64,000 bases of DNA from Diplonema japonicum (lineage: Eukaryota; Protista; Euglenozoa: Diplonemea): assembly GCA_964019335.1 (NCBI GenBank), contig OZ025709.1, forward strand, positions 1 to 64,000, given 5' to 3'. Below, in pieces: positions 46,256 to 60,657 of the stretch (position 1 is its first letter; each line of letters opens with the position of its first letter). A model generated the notes under the pieces. It saw only the letters and a list, made by a program, of their open reading frames with translations, did no database searches and was not told the DNA's origin. A program made the translations under genes and the position numbers.

Positions 46256-46942
46256 TCAACTAACTTTTGAAAACCCGGCTCGAATTAAATATAAGAAAGA
46301 AAGAAGAAAAAAAAATACCTCTATAGGTTCTGCCTGCAGCGGAACTTCGGCGGCTTGCCTCGAGGAGTTGAAATCATCGAACGGGTTCGACATTTTAACT
46401 ACAGTGGGAGGCTGATCCCCCTCAGCGCAGGTGGCCTCGGCGCCCTTTTCTTTCTCTTTCTCTTTCTCTTCCTTTTCTTTTTCTTTCTCCCTTCCCCACA
46501 CAAGGTACGAGAGGTACTTAGCGATTTGAAACGTGTTCTTTGCAGGAGGGGGTGGAGAAGGCAGAGGCGGGGTCAAGGGTGGCGACTGGCTGGGTGCGTT
46601 ATCGTCCTCCTCGATGGGTTCCCCTCCAGTGTTGTTGTTGTTGTTCTGCAGCTCCCCGTCTGCCTCCTCGTCTTCGCCGTTCAACGTTCCTTCGGTTGTG
46701 CCTTCCGAGTCCACCTCCCGCTTCTCGTACAGAAACGATGGGAAGTGGCTCAAATCCTCATTGACCACCAGCGTCCTGTCACCAGTGTCCTCCCCCAGTA
46801 CCGTCTCCTCATCGAAAGGCTCATGTTGTGTGACTCTGCTCTGCCCACTGCAGAGTTCCTCTCGTTCGTCATCTTCATCTTCATCTTCTTCCTCAGGGTC
46901 CACAGGGTGTCCCATCACCACCGTCTCAGGAGGGGTGCCCAT
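46256..46942 (-). CDS. Acidic low-complexity hypothetical protein; 3' end uncertain (possible intron donor near 46318)
   Basis: Open frame after a pyrimidine tract and AG at ~46995; E/D-rich. Confidence 0.55.
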   Translation of the reverse strand: MGTPPETVVMGHPVDPEEEDEDEDDEREELCSGQSRVTQHEPFDEETVLGEDTGDRTLVVNEDLSHFPSFLYEKREVDSEGTTEGTLNGEDEEADGELQNNNNNTGGEPIEEDDNAPSQSPPLTPPLPSPPPPAKNTFQIAKYLSYLVWGREKEKEKEEKEKEKEKGAEATCAEGDQPPTVVKMSNPFDDFNSSRQAAEVPLQAEPIEVFFFLLSFLYLIRAGFSKVS

Positions 46943-47065
46943 GGAGGCACCCCCCCCAGCTGACCCAAGGCTCGCCACCCCCCTACCCTTGCCCTGATAC
47001 GGAATATAAAATAAGAAGAAAAAAAACAAAACAAAAATAATAAAACGAGAGATTTTTTTTTTTAA

Positions 47066-47941
47066 TCACATTTTGTAGTGATAGGCGTGGTAGTGGTGGT
47101 TGAGGCGGGGGTCCTCGTGGATGGAGTGGCATCCACCAGCACCGCCGAAGGTGTTGTTTTTTTTTAAGTAGAAGAGCCTGCCCAGACGGGAGTGGAGCAG
47201 CCCCATACAACACATGACACAAGGCTCCTCCACTGTGTACACATCGTAGCCTGTAAGGAGGTACTGCGCTGTCTTGTCACGCTTCACGGCAGGCTTCGAG
47301 AGGGAAGGCGACGAGGCTGCGACAGCGCTGACAAGGTTCATGCAAGGATGGGCTAGAGGCGAAGCATGTTCAGAAGGGGAGGTGGGGAGCGATGTGTAAC
47401 CTTGGAGGGGCGTCCCTGTCGAGAACACCTCATCAGAAGAATCAGGCGAAACACCTAACACAGCGAACCCATCCCCACGAGACAGGAGCTTCGTGAAGTT
47501 CTCGTGAACCGCCTTCAGCTCCTCGTCCGTCATGTTCTGTGGCAAGAAGTCCTTTGGGGGGTTTGCTGGCTTGCTCAACGGCCATAGTGCTACAGCTTTT
47601 TTCCACACCTCGGGAGTCTCAGGGAACACACCACAGACAGATATCTTTCTTGCGCTTCGTATCAACCCGTCGCCGTGGGTGCTGCTCACTGCGGTGGGGT
47701 CCTCGTCCTCATCTTCGACCTTTTTGATGACCACCTCCAGAACGTTCTTATCAGTGTTTCGGGCGATTCTTCTGAGAAATTCCAGGCCTGCGTCCCTCAT
47801 GTGGGGCAGGGTCTTCAGTACTTTGCTTGCGTTCTTGTCCTCCACCTCGCCCACCCACACACTGGTCTCCCGCAGAGCATACACCGTTGTTGTCACTATG
47901 CTTAGGTTGGATCTTATGTCCTCAACAGTCCGGGGTGTCAT
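47066..47941 (-). CDS. ADAT3: tRNA adenosine-34 deaminase, non-catalytic subunit ADAT3/Tad3
   Basis: HPCM lacks the catalytic Glu; YLLTGYDVY..EPCVMCCMGLLHSR..LNHHY. Confidence 0.88.
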   Translation of the reverse strand: MTPRTVEDIRSNLSIVTTTVYALRETSVWVGEVEDKNASKVLKTLPHMRDAGLEFLRRIARNTDKNVLEVVIKKVEDEDEDPTAVSSTHGDGLIRSARKISVCGVFPETPEVWKKAVALWPLSKPANPPKDFLPQNMTDEELKAVHENFTKLLSRGDGFAVLGVSPDSSDEVFSTGTPLQGYTSLPTSPSEHASPLAHPCMNLVSAVAASSPSLSKPAVKRDKTAQYLLTGYDVYTVEEPCVMCCMGLLHSRLGRLFYLKKNNTFGGAGGCHSIHEDPRLNHHYHAYHYKM

Positions 47942-48083
47942 TTGTGTTTTTTTATTTCTCTTTTTTTTTTTTTCCCGCTTTTTTTTTTTTTTTTTTTTTT
48001 GAAATGGTTTGACCGAGTCTTGAGGGGGAATGAGAAACAGAAGGGAGAAGGGGGGGGAAACGACGAGAGGGAGAAAAGAGAAG

Positions 48084-48116
<33 letters not shown>

Positions 48117-48478
48117 AAGATAGGGAAAAACAAAATGGAAAAAAAAAGGGGGATATGACGTAGATATGACAATAGCATCGTGGAGGGGACGGGGAGAAGA
48201 ATGGTGGGACACATGAAGGCGCAAAGAAAATAAAAATGAAAAACACACATGTTTCCTCTTCGGGGGGGAGGGGGAGACAAAAATACCAAAGGTTAGAATG
48301 GGTACAGGAAACAGTAAAAAGGCATCGGAAAGAAAAAGTTTGTGACACACGACAAAAAGGACCTTGTTTTCTTTTTTTTTTTTCTTACTCACAATTTGTT
48401 ATCTCTTTTTGTTTGTTTCTTCCTATTTTTTTTCCTCAACTCCCCTTTTTATTGTGGCCTTGGACATTGCTAACAATG

Positions 48479-48509
<31 letters not shown>

Positions 48510-49853
48510 TCCGACTCTTCCAAAAAATACCCCTCTTTTTATCTTTCCGTTTTGCCCTCCGCGCTTCGGCGGGAGGAGAAAAAAAAAAGGGGGCATTCAA
48601 GTCATAAAAAATGGGGATTAAAGTGTGTAAAGATGGATCTCCAAGCATAGGGAGGGGAGAAAAAAACGAGAAAAAAAAAAAAATCACTGATTCAAAAAAA
48701 AAAATCTGCTGGTCGACGTTTCAAAGATATGCCGCTTTTTTTTTCCTTTTTTTTTTTTTTTTTTTTTTTTTGTTAGTAGGTGAATTCAGAAAAAGCAAAG
48801 AATCGGCAAGAATAGAAGATGGGATTAAAAAAAGAAAAGAAAAAAGAAGAAGAAAAAATAAGCACATGCCAGTTCTAGTAACAAGAATTTCCTGTTATTT
48901 CTTCTTTTTTTCTTTTTTTTTAAGCGACTGGTTTGGACGAAATAGTGAATTTCTTTTTTTTTTTTTCTGGAAGCGAAAAAGAAAATATATAACGAAGGAC
49001 GGATGGGGAAAGTGCAAAAAGAAAAAGGAGATATAAAAAAAAGGTGTTTTCGGGAAGCCCTTGAGACTTGGGGCGAAAAAAAAAAGGGGTAAAAAAAAAA
49101 TAAAAAGGAAAGAGTGGGCGGTGTTTCATGGCTGAATTATTCCTTTTGGGGCGGAAAAAAAAGTTTTTTTTCGTTCTTTTTTCAGTTTTTTTTTTTCTTC
49201 TTCTTTTTTTTTTTTTTTCTTTTTTTTTTTACCTGTACAAAAAGGGGCTGAAAACAAATTTTACTATTCCCGCATGCACCAGTGAAGGCAGGCAGTATTG
49301 TAAATTTATTTCTTTTTCTTTTTTTTTTTTTAATAATAGTTATGTCAAGAGCATCCTTTGACCACGCACTACCCTGTACCTTAAGCCCGCTCTCACACGC
49401 AGATTTCTTCTTTTTTTTGTTTCTTTTTTTTTCCTTTTTTTTTCTTTTTCCTTTTCCCTTTCAGGAATACACACGCCAAACACCAACACTCTGTTCCAAA
49501 TAATCTTTTTTTTGCTCTTTTTTCTCCCCATTGAAAACACTTTTTAAATCCCCCCCAGTAAACTTTCATTTTATTTCATCTTGTTGAACAAAATATTAAA
49601 AAAAAGCCTTTCCCCCCCCCCCCCCCCCACCCTTTTTTCCTCCAAAAAAAATTTCCCTTCTTTTTTCAGTTCTTTCCCCCGCCGTTTTCATCACTTGACC
49701 TTTTCTCCCATTTTTTTTTACGTCACGTAACTCTGAAAAAAAAATCTTCTTTTTTTTATAATCGGATTTGTTATTTTTTCCTTGGTGTCATTCCCCATCA
49801 CACAAAAAAAAAAAAAGAGGGGATTATTACCAATCTATGTCTTCAAAATAATC

Positions 49854-52800
49854 TCATTCATTCTTGAGCCGGGCTGCAAGAGCGGCCTTCAGCCTGTCAT
49901 CAGTCTCAATGAGCGACAGTATCTTGTCCAGCTGCACCTGGTGGGCGACCTGTATTTGCATTTCTTTAACGTTATCCCCTAAACCTACCTGGTTCAGAGC
50001 GTTATCCAGCTCGGACCCATCAATGCCTTCCAAGAAATCGATGAGCTGACTGTCAGTGCAGGTGTCGTAGGTGACGGCAGGTGCACCCTCTTCCAGTTGT
50101 TTTGTCGCGTCTGCCCTCCCGCTGTAGGGTGTGCCATCCACAAGGCAGCCGTTGTTATAGTTGGTAAGCCATTGTTCGATGGTAGCCCTCTGCTGTGCGG
50201 GGGTCTGCCCAGCGTCCAGTAGACGCGCCTCCAGCGAACCCTCGAGGAGCCTTCTCTTCATCCTGGCATACAGGAACCTCCTTGCGTCCTTCCACGCCAC
50301 GACACCATTGATGGACCTCACCGCTTGCATCCTCCCTGGCCTGTCATGGAGGTCTGCGAACTCCAGTGCCACTGCCTTGTAGGTTGGGTACAGCGCCTCG
50401 TGCCTTTGGTGCAGCATTCTTTGAAGGTAGTCCTTCAGTTGGCCTTCCGCAGCCTTCAGCTGTGTTGACAGCCTGAAGCACTCCGGGTCGAGTCTGTCCA
50501 TGGTGGAGTGTATCTCCGACTCCCTGTACTTGATCTCGATAATGCCAGATGGTTCCAGTACTCCACCTCTTGCGGTGGGATCCGCGTACATCTCGATGCA
50601 CTTCTTGTTGATGGTTGGGTCCACCACTACCCACGCTCCGCCGCGAAGCTCCCCGTGAGGTGGGATGTACACCGTCACAGGGCGCGAGAAGTGCGTCAGG
50701 TTCTGCACGATGTCCGCACCGAACTTCAACACCTCGTCGTACATGTCGCGCATGCCGCCCGAGAACCCCCTCCAGTTCGCCAGGATGATGACGGGCAGCC
50801 CTTCACGGTCCACATCGGCAAGGAAGTCCGCGGTTTTACGTGCAGAATCCGGGTACCACACCATGCCTGCCTGCTGCGTCATTGCGGACACGGACGAGGG
50901 GTCAGCAGGGTCGGCGGGGTTGAACTTGGACACAGGGCGCGTCTCCACACCGACCACGGCAACAGGCATCTCACCAAGAGTTGCTCTGCCTACGACGACC
51001 GTCTTGGCCCAGTTGGCTTGCGCCTCTTGGAAGGAGTCCTTGTCGAAGAGACCAGGCAGCCAGTCGCCTTCGCTGGCACAACCCTCGATCAGCATCCTCA
51101 CGTCGTACGGCTGGTTCGCAGTTGTGGTGCACTGTTGTGTTGTGTGACGTAGTCGTGGTGTCATGCATACCTTGACATCCCTGTCGACAGGGTCATAGAT
51201 GGGCGCAATTCTCTTCACGGCAGGCAGGGGGACCTTGCACTTCTCGGCAACTACCTGGTCAGGCAGATAGCTCAGCCACCTCATCGTTTCCTCGACAGCA
51301 GCATTGTTGTGCATAGCCACCCAGTGCGTCACACCGTTGGGGGACATGATGTTCGTCCCGCCCAGCTGCGAGTTGGACGTGTACACCTCTTTCCCGAGCA
51401 GCTTGTTGAGGGCATTGTTCCCTGTCAGGATGATGGGGCTGCCCTTCACCTGCACCACTCTCCTGCCCAGACGCACGAGGTATGCCCCGATGCCCACCGT
51501 GCGCCCAGTGGCGATGGAGATGGTGGGGATCTTGTCGTAGCACTGCGCCATCTCGCCTGCAATGAGGCCAGAGCCAGACAGGTTCTCCACACCCAGCCCC
51601 CACTGCGACCCGATGATAGCGTCCAGCACGTAGTGCTTCTCGCCCGTCGCCTCATCAATCTTCTCCGTCGTGTGGCAAACCTCTGTCTTGTAGTTCTCTT
51701 CCAGTCGTGTCTTCGTTGCCTCGTCAAGGTACAGGTACTCGAACAGCTTAGACGTGTTGTCGCCCTTCTTGATCTTGAAGATCTTCTTCAGCTCGGGGTC
51801 CAGCCCGATTCTGGCACCGGAGTTTGCCGACAGGTAAACCAAAGGCACACCCTCTAGCCTCGCAGCCTTCGAGATGGCGGCGAACAGTTCGTCTTCTTGT
51901 GTGCTGAAGCTCCCACTCATCACGGTGATGTCGTTGGCCACCACGTACACCTTCCTCGGCGTCACCTGCTGCGATTCACTGTTGTAGTGCGTAGGGCTGT
52001 TGATGGTCCACCTCCAACCCACCATGCCCACTCTGTTCTCACCGGGGTTCCTGAGCACTGACTGCAGGGTGCCTGTTTGACCATGCCACACAAGTTCCTG
52101 TGCCACAACGAAGTCTTTAGGCATCGACTCTTCCAGATGGGGCGCAAGGTCTGTCCTTTGGGTAATGGTCTTCTCCCACAGGTTGGCCAGGCACTTCTCG
52201 AACAGGCTGATCCAGTCGTAGACGTAGACAGTGCCATTCTGCAGCGCGAGGAGCCTTCTTAGCTGGTGGCTGGTGAGAACAGGGTACGGTGCAAGGGGGC
52301 TCTGGTGGTGCCAGTACAATGCCTTCTTGGACCCGTGTTGATGGGCCTCAGAGGAGGCAGAGGTTCTGACCTTCATGCGATAGAAGGTGGGCGACCTGAG
52401 CGAGTCGCCAGTCCCGGAGGACCCTTCCTCCCACAGAGAGTTCGACCTGCCGATGGGGGTGGGCACGTCCAGCTTTCCGATAGCAACGCTTGTGAAGGAG
52501 CTCTCCCTGGCCTTGAGGGACAAGGGGGTCCCGTCCTCGATGGAACCGTCGGGCGTCACATGGACGAGGACAGACTTGCCTGGTGTCTGGGCGTCATCGA
52601 CCTCGATGTAGGACTCCATGGACAGGGCGTGCGTGGTGGGGTTCGAGATGAAGAGACGCATCAGGACAGGCTTGTCGGAACCGGGAAGCAGGCAGAAGAG
52701 CTTGATCTCCACCTCCACAATCCCCAAACGGAAAAGAGGTGACGCGTGAACGGTGCTGATTTGGTTTACGACGGACTCCACCTGCGAAGGCAGTGTGTGT

Positions 52801-55800
52801 TGTGTGTATGCCATACCTTGTTGTACTCAGTCTTGAGCCCTTCGAAAGCAATGAAGATGTGGTTAGCAGTGGTCTGTTCCAGCGACTTGTCTGATGTGGC
52901 GATCTCCAGCGCATTGATGCAGTTCGCAACCACCCTCTCTGCGTCGTACATGGTCAGCTCGCTCATCGCGTCTGCGCTGGGTGAGTTGATGTCGGATGGC
53001 AGCACCAGCGTCCTCACGAAGAACCTTGGCTTGGTTTTGATAGGTCTGGGTCGAATGCCCTCCTTCTCTCGTGCGACGTACACGTGCACCTGGTTCACAG
53101 GGTTACCCTTGTATAGCTGGATGTCGTAGTTCTTCAACTTCTGGAGCTCGAGCATGTGCGCCAGGGAGGGTGCGATGTGCCTGTACGTGGCATCCTCAGC
53201 GAAGTCGAGCGACCTCCTGTAGGTGTAGTACAGCGGCGACTTGTTGTTGGCGATGACCACGAAGGTGACCCTGGTGATCGTGCTGGACTGCAGCATCCTC
53301 ACGTATTCGCCAATGATCTTCGAGAACTCAGACGACAGCTGCCCGTGAGTGTGCTTCACCTCCCTCACGAAGACCTTGCAGATGGTGTCGGTGGTGCCGT
53401 GTGCGTGCGAGATGACGTCGCCCAGTCCGGAAAGCACATCAACCACAGAATCAAAGACACCAGCAACCCCCTCGGCGTCACCCTGTGGAGTGGCTGCTTA
53501 GCACGAATAGACAATCATACCTGTGGGTTATCCTGTGGCCCTGTGGACTTAGCCAGCATCTCATCGAGGTCTTCGCATGAGGTGCTGCCTGTGATCCCGT
53601 CATGCTTCAGCGGGTTCTGATTGCTCTTCGTGGCAAGGGACCACTTCGCGAGCCACACACCTGACTGCATCCTTTCCGTAGAGATGCTGGTCATCTCAAA
53701 GACACCAGCGTAAACCCTGCGGAGGAGCAGCTCCAGCGCGACTTCCAAGTGCTCGCAGTCATCACTCATCATAAACGTGGAGATGACATCCGTCCCGTAC
53801 TTCAGCTTGTCAACAAGCAACTTCAGGAGACGCTTGTTGGCCTTTGCATCTTTGAGCGCCTCCTCAAGCTCCTGCCTTCGGATGTCCGGACACGGCAAGT
53901 CGATCTTCCTAAGCAGATGCCTAGCATTGAAGACTATAGCACTGGCCTTCTGACCGTTCAGCCCAGCGATCCTCTGCAGCACGCTCTTCAGGTGCGCTGC
54001 GTTCTTCTCGGAAAAGCCCAGCATGTAGGCAAGAGCACGGTGCCTGTGAGGGCCTGCGTAAGCAAGCTGGATGTCGAACACCTCAGCCAAGCTCTCGGTC
54101 TCTCTCTCGGAACGAAGCCCGTCGACAACCTCCTGCGGGAGCTTGCCTGTGGATGTTGCTGGGAACTATAGTAAGCACATACCGCCTTCATAGAGCGTCT
54201 CGACAGACAAGAAGATCTCGCTCAGCTTTGTAATGGTGTGTACGATCCTTTGGATCCCATTCTCCTTCTTGTCTAGGGTGTCGAGCTGCTCTGTGTCCAA
54301 GTCCTTCGTGAGCCACGCGGGCAGCCCGTCAAGAGTCACCTCCGGGTCGCCCACAGCAGTGAGGCCTTCGGCAACCTTTGGCAGCGACTGCTCAAAGACG
54401 TCCTTCGGCAGGTCGTAGCCCATGACCAGGTTGTGCAGCGTCTCAATAGCCTTTGACGCTTTGCTGATCTTCGTAGGCTCGGTGGACTGCCTAGGCGACG
54501 GGGGAGGTGTTGCAGTGGCACCAGTCCACATCATGGAAAGGGGCGGCCACGGCTTCTTGTTCTCCTCTGCGCGCACGATGTTGTCAGGGTCTTCAGGATC
54601 GATGCACCCGAGCACCTTCCCTGCATGGATGGTGGTCCCTGGCTGAGCCTTGAGGTTGATGTGCCCTGCGATGGATGTCTTCAGCTGCAGGTACATCTTC
54701 ATCACTTCTATCTCGCAGAATGGTGCGTGTGCCGCAATGAAGTCACCTTCGGACACAAGGAACCTGACCAGCTTGCCTGGCATGGGACTCCTGAGCTGTG
54801 TGGGGTCCACTTCGTGCGTGAAGGTGGCGGTCCTGCCGTCGATGTTGACACGAAGGCACGCCGCGTCCTCCTCGGCGTAGACAACAGGGGACCTGCCGTC
54901 GGAGAGGGACAGTAGGAGACCCCTGTCAGCAAGCCTGCGGAAACCGACTGTGATGTGGCTGCCGTTCAGAGTCAGCATCCACTCCGAAACTGAGGTCTTC
55001 GTGCAGCTTACCTGTTTAGAGTGTTGGCGTGATGAGCATTGAGCATACCTCGTACTTGACACTGTCCAACACCAGCGACAACGCCATTTTTGTGGTGAAC
55101 AAGTCGGAGGAAGGAACGTGGCCAGCCTCAAGGAATGACAGGTACTTCGCCCTGTTGGAGTCGAACCTCTCGACGGCCTTGAAGGTTGCAGCGCACAGTA
55201 CGCTGAGGAACGGGTTGGGTGCCTCGACACGCAGCCTGTTCTTGATGAGGCCGTCGAGCCACGCAGTTGAGATGTTGCTGTCCCTGAACTCGGGCATGTC
55301 AAGAAGCTTGACAAGGTACTCCTTCGTAGTACGGATTTCACCTCTGATGGTCAGCTGCTTCAGGGAGAACATCATTCCTGTGAAAGGTGGGTTGTGTTAA
55401 AATAATGGTGCACACCTGCAATGGCCGCCTCTCTGGTCTCAGCAGTGGAGAAGATATGCCCAAACTGCGAGTCGGCAAACTCGTGCACACCACCGTGCGA
55501 CGAGATGGAGAAGTACCCCCATGCATTCTTGGAGTTCCTGAAGGTCAGCTCGTCGATGGTCCCTGATGTGGGCGAGAAGCCGTCATCGGGGTTCTCTGCC
55601 GTGATCCTGCAAGCTATGGTGTGCAGCTTGGGCTCAACGGGCGTCGCCTTCTCGAAGTTAATGGGAGCAGTAGAGAACTTCTCGGCGCCGTAGTACTGTC
55701 TGATGTCGGGGATCCTACTGAGTGGGATTCCCATCCCCACGCAGAGCATGCAGGCGGGCAAGTTCACACCAGTGATCAGCTCAGTGACTGTGTGCTCCAC

Positions 55801-56814
55801 CTGCAACCTGGGGTTCAGCTCGAGGAAGTAGAAAACACCCGTCGGCTTATGGTAGAGGTACTCCACTGTGCCAACGGAACGGTAGCCGACAATCTCGGCA
55901 AGACGCACGGCTGCCTTTTCCATGTTCTCGAGGGACCCGGGGATAGTCTTGACGACGGGGCCCTCTTCGATGATCTTCTGGTGGCGTCTTTGCACAGAGC
56001 AGTCACGAGTGCGGAGGGAGATGCATGAACCGTGCTCATCGGCGAGCAGTTGGACTTCCAAGTGCCTCACGTCGGTCGCGAGTTTCATGACAAAGATGGG
56101 CGACCTGACCACCTCACCTGCCACAGCGTGGTACGCGTTGACGACCTCCTCCTCTGTCTTCACCATTCGGATACCCTTCCCGCCACCGCCCTCCGACGCC
56201 TTGATCATGAGGGGGTAGCCGAGCTTGTTGCAGACCTCCACACAGTGTTTAGCGTCCTTAATGCATGCTTGGTCGAAAAGGGACTGAGAGACTTCGGAGC
56301 CGTCAGTGCACATGAGACCGGAGCCTGACCAAGCGATGGTGGGGACGTTGGCAGTCTGGGCAACGATGGTGGATGCGATCTTGTCGCCAAGGGCGGACAT
56401 GGCTTCTGCACCGGGGCCGAGGAACTGGATGTTCTTCTCCTTGAGCTTGGTGGGAAGCTCGGGGTTCTCGGATGCGTGGCCCCACCCTGCCCACACGGCG
56501 TCGCACCCTGTGCGGGTGGCGATGTCGACGATGAGCTGGACGTTGGCGTAGTTGTTGCAGTTCCTCCCGCCGGGCACCTCGATCGTCTCGTTCGCCATCT
56601 TGATGTACTCCACGTTGACCTTGATGTCCTCAGGCGTCGCCATGCATACAAAATGCACGCAGTTCTCGTCTCCCAGAAGCTCGTACGACCACTGCCTCAT
56701 GCTCCTGATCCCCTTCAGTGCCGCAATACCATTGTTGGCAATCAACACCTTTCTGATCACTCGCTTCCCGCCGAGCTCAGCCACAAGGGCTTCAAGCGAT
56801 CCGAACTTTTTCAT
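49854..56814 (-). CDS. ACC1: Multidomain acetyl-CoA carboxylase (BC-BCCP-central-CT), 7 exons
   Basis: IANNGIAA, GWGHASEN, GGGGKG, ELNPRLQVEH, biotinyl EVMKM, NSGARIG, NWRGFSGG; introns 55378-55415, 55012-55048, 54147-54182, 53483-53520, 52782-52816, 51132-51170. Confidence 0.96.
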
Positions 56815-56975
56815 TTCTTTTTTTTTTTTTGTCTTCGTCTATGTTTATTTTCCGAATAAGAAAAAAGGGGGGGAATAAAAAAAACTCGAAACACAAACAC
56901 GGAAGGCATTCTTCCGTTTCTTTCCTTTTTTTTTTTCCCTTTTTGTAAGATCGGTTACTTTCACATGGGGGTTTC

Positions 56976-58775
56976 TCATCTGCTTGACTTTTGTTTCTTT
57001 GCATTGCTTTCTTTAACATCGTCTGCAGGGCGTTTCGCGGTGTTCTCTGCTGCGGTTTGCCCGGCTAGGAGGAGCTGCGCCTCCATTTTCTTCATCTCCT
57101 CCAACATCAGCTGTTCTTGGTCTGTCTTTTCATTTTCCTTCTGGTCATCGCCAGCTAGTTTCTTCCCGAGACAAATGCAGTTCTTTATCGTCTGCTTGCA
57201 ACACTTGTACCCCCACTGTCCCGCGTCCCAGTATGAGCCCCACACTGTTGTGTGGTTGTTGTTCATTTTATCCTCCTCATATTTTGATCTTTGGGCTGCT
57301 TTCTCTGTCCCCTTCAGCAAGCTCCCGTCGGGCCGGTATTCCGTGTACCCTTCAGAGGCAACTCGAAGCTCGTCCGGCAACGCCTTGAGGTGCTCAGCAC
57401 CACCGTACCGCTTGAGAAGCTCGTTTTCACGTTCAGATTTGAGGTTCTCCTTATTGTTGAGATCTGCTTTGAAGGCCTTCTCAGCTTGGGTGGGATTGGC
57501 CTGCATGTTGACGTACTTCGAGGTTCCTGTGGTGGGATTTATTAAATCTTTTTTTAATTCTTTTTTTTTTATACCTTTGTCCTGCAGCTTTCTGGTTGTG
57601 TCCCAGCAGAACACCTGAAGCTTGTCGACGGTCTGCGCGTCGCCTGTCGAGCGGACCCAATTGTCACCAGCGTAGTCGACCTCGTCAGGGTTTTTGTCTG
57701 GGTAGGGGTTGGCCCGTTGAGAGCGGGTCTTCGGGTCGTAGTGGAAAGCGGGGTCCATGGACAGGTTGCGGAGGTATTTGGCAGTGTCCTCCCTGATACG
57801 GAGATTCCTCGCTGTGACCTTTGCTTCAACACCGTCACGGACGCCTCCCAAATCGACGTTGTTGGTGAGGGCGTCGACTCCTTCTGCTGCGTTGATGTCT
57901 TCTTGTTCTTTATCCTGTGGGTGGGTTGGAAGGAAATAAGAAAATAGGTTTTTTTTCTTTTTTTTTTTTTTTTTTCAAACCTGATCCCGCATCAGCTCGG
58001 CAATGGCGTCGTCTTCCGCCAGCCCACCCTCCGAGATGGGTATCACGGAGAGAAGGTTTACAAGGGTTTTCTTAGCTTCGTCTTGTTCAGAGTCGTTGCT
58101 CATGTTTTTGATTTTCTCGGCGATGAGCGGTTTGTGCATTACGATGTTGTCCCTTGTGATGTGCTCGCCTATTAAGGTGGTCATGCGTTTTTCGTTTGCG
58201 GAGACTTCTTCTTCGGTGGTGCCTGTCATTTCGAGGATCTTAGCCTTGGCTTGTTCTTGCTTTAGTTGCCTGCGTTGCATGTCGACGATGTTGTGCCTTT
58301 CAGTGACCTCACGTTGGTGCTGGTCGAGGTCCACCCCGTTCCACCTGTCGTGTTTGCCCTCCCATGAGAGGGTGACGTCGGACACGATCTCGTCACGTGC
58401 TATATTTTTACCGGAGTGGACTGCCTTGAGCTTTCTTGGTCTTTCCGTGCATTCTTTTTCTTTGTGCGACATTGCCCCGCAGTTTCTACACGCACCCTTG
58501 CGGTACTTCGTGGCTGCTTCTCCTGTCGTGCCTCCCCGGGCGTACCAGTCCTTGATGCCCCCTGTGGCGCGGGCTTCTTCTGTGCTTGGGACCTTCCTTT
58601 GATGCTTCAAGGTTTTCTCGTCGTACCCCAACCACCAAGGGGGCTTGGCCATGTATTGCGGGATGTGCGGGTTGATGACGTTGCCGTCCTCGTCCATGTC
58701 CGGCGGGGCCTGGCCTTCTCGCTGTGCTTCCAGGGTTGCTTGTTCCTTCTTCCATTTCTCACGGGCGGTTGCCAT
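56976..58775 (-). CDS. SLU7: Pre-mRNA splicing factor SLU7, 3 exons
   Basis: INPHIPQY, YRKGACRNCGAMSHKEKEC zinc knuckle, RNLRIREDTAKYL, YDPKTRS, ANPT, NHTTVWGSYW..WGYKCC; introns 57915-57980 and 57527-57574. Confidence 0.95.
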
Positions 58776-59976
58776 TATTATTCTTTTTTTTTTTTTTTTT
58801 TTTTTTTTTGTACGCCCCCTTTTTTTTTTTGTTTGGATGGCGATACTTTCAGCTATCAGCTGACCAGGTTTCTGATCCACTTAAAATACAGCAGATGCAT
58901 ACGGGGCAAACATAGCCCTAGAGCTCCGAGTCGGTCATCGGTGCCTTGTCCTTGAGGCAAGCCTTCAGGCTGTATGCACTACCGGTCTAGCCAGATGTGT
59001 GAGCCTTATAAAAAAACAGAGAAAAAGTTTCAAAAAATAAAAGAATGGAAAAAAAAAAAAGAAAAAAAAGTACTGCTTCCTTCATGGTCCCTCCTTCTCC
59101 TTTTTTTTTTTTTTTTTTCCTTCTTCCCCACCCCCTTCAAAGGGTCTTCGATACACGTTCTGTTCTTCTTTTCCCACCATCCACTCCCTTCTTATTTGGT
59201 TGCTATTTTCTGCCCCTCCTGTTTTTTCTTCTCTTTTTTCTTTATCTTTTCTAGGTGCCAGAAAACTACACTCCACGGTGGCTGGTGGGAGGAAGGCAGC
59301 CTTTCGCTATTTTCCCCTTTCGAGAGCTCGAAAAAAAGAATATAAGAAGAAGAAGAAGAAAAAGCGAAAAAGCTGACATGTTGTTTTTTTTTTCTTTTTA
59401 CACTGAATTCTTTTTTTTTTTTCTTCCTTTCTCTTTATAAAGAACAATGCAAAACGTAACATCAACACCTTCCCCCCTTGCTCAATAGAGCAATATCTTT
59501 TGAAGAACAGGGGGAAAAAAAAAAAAAAAAAAAAAAAAGGAATGCCCCCCATGGGAACACTATAGCTAATAAAAGGGGACGCGGGAGTCACTGAGGGGGG
59601 GAAATATAAAATAAAAAATAAAATATCACTAGGGGGGGGGGGGGGATAAGGGGGAAAGGGACATAGCAACAAACCCAACACCCACATATGGAAGAAAAAA
59701 AAAACTTAATTTGAAAATAAAACTATCTTTAGGCGCCTGTGTTTTTTTTGTGCACACTGGCACTTTTATTTCTCCCTATAAAAAGGCAAGCAAAACTGCG
59801 GGACTGCCCAACGGTAGTTTTTTTTTTTTTCCTTTTTTTTTTCCCCCTTTTTTATAAAAAAGAAAACCCAAAGTACCACAGTGAAGAGAAAAGAAAAAAA
59901 AAAAGAAGAATGGAACAAAAAAAAAAATATAACGTTTAAAGGTCGGGGTACGATCTGCCTCTGTTAGACCACCACG

Positions 59977-60010
<34 letters not shown>

Positions 60011-60452
60011 ATTACACGTTTTACTAACACATCTTGATGTGGATGTGCTAATATTCAAAAGCGTACAGCTAGCGCGAAGCGAAGGGAGCTCTGGTCGTAT
60101 TCCCCCTTTCGATGCATCGGCAAGACCGCATCGCAAGATACGTGCGTAGGGGGGGGGGGGGGGGGTAGAAAGAAGAAAGTAACTAAAAAACGAATACAAA
60201 AAATGGAACGAAGGGGGAAAAATGGGATCGCTTGTCCCATCTCACAAGCAGTTTGCTCATGATTGTGGTGAAAAAGAAAAAAAAGAGGAGGGGGGAAAAA
60301 AAAAGAAAGGAGGGGCTACGTATCGCAATCTGGAAGGGAAAACAAATATTGATTCCCCCTCATCTCGCAGAATTAGCAGTCACCTCCCCTCCCAATATAG
60401 ATAAGCTACCGTGAAGAAAATATAAAAAAAAAATCTACAAATATCTCTCGTG

Positions 60453-60486
<34 letters not shown>

Positions 60487-60657
60487 CCTTGTTTCTCGCT
60501 ACGATGTGGATGAATGAAACAGGCCAATAGTTCTAGTTTTCTTTTTTTTTTCTTCTTTTTTTTGACAGGGCGACACAGTTTCAGAATAATGCTCGAGGTT
60601 TCAAAGAAAAAAAATTCATTGTTCGTTGACACGACCTTCCCCCTTTTTCTCCTAATC

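Noticed and set aside
46995-47070. Intron fusing ADAT3 to the downstream acidic ORF
   Set aside because: The available GT..AG join is out of frame, and the U-rich tract looks like a trans-splice acceptor.
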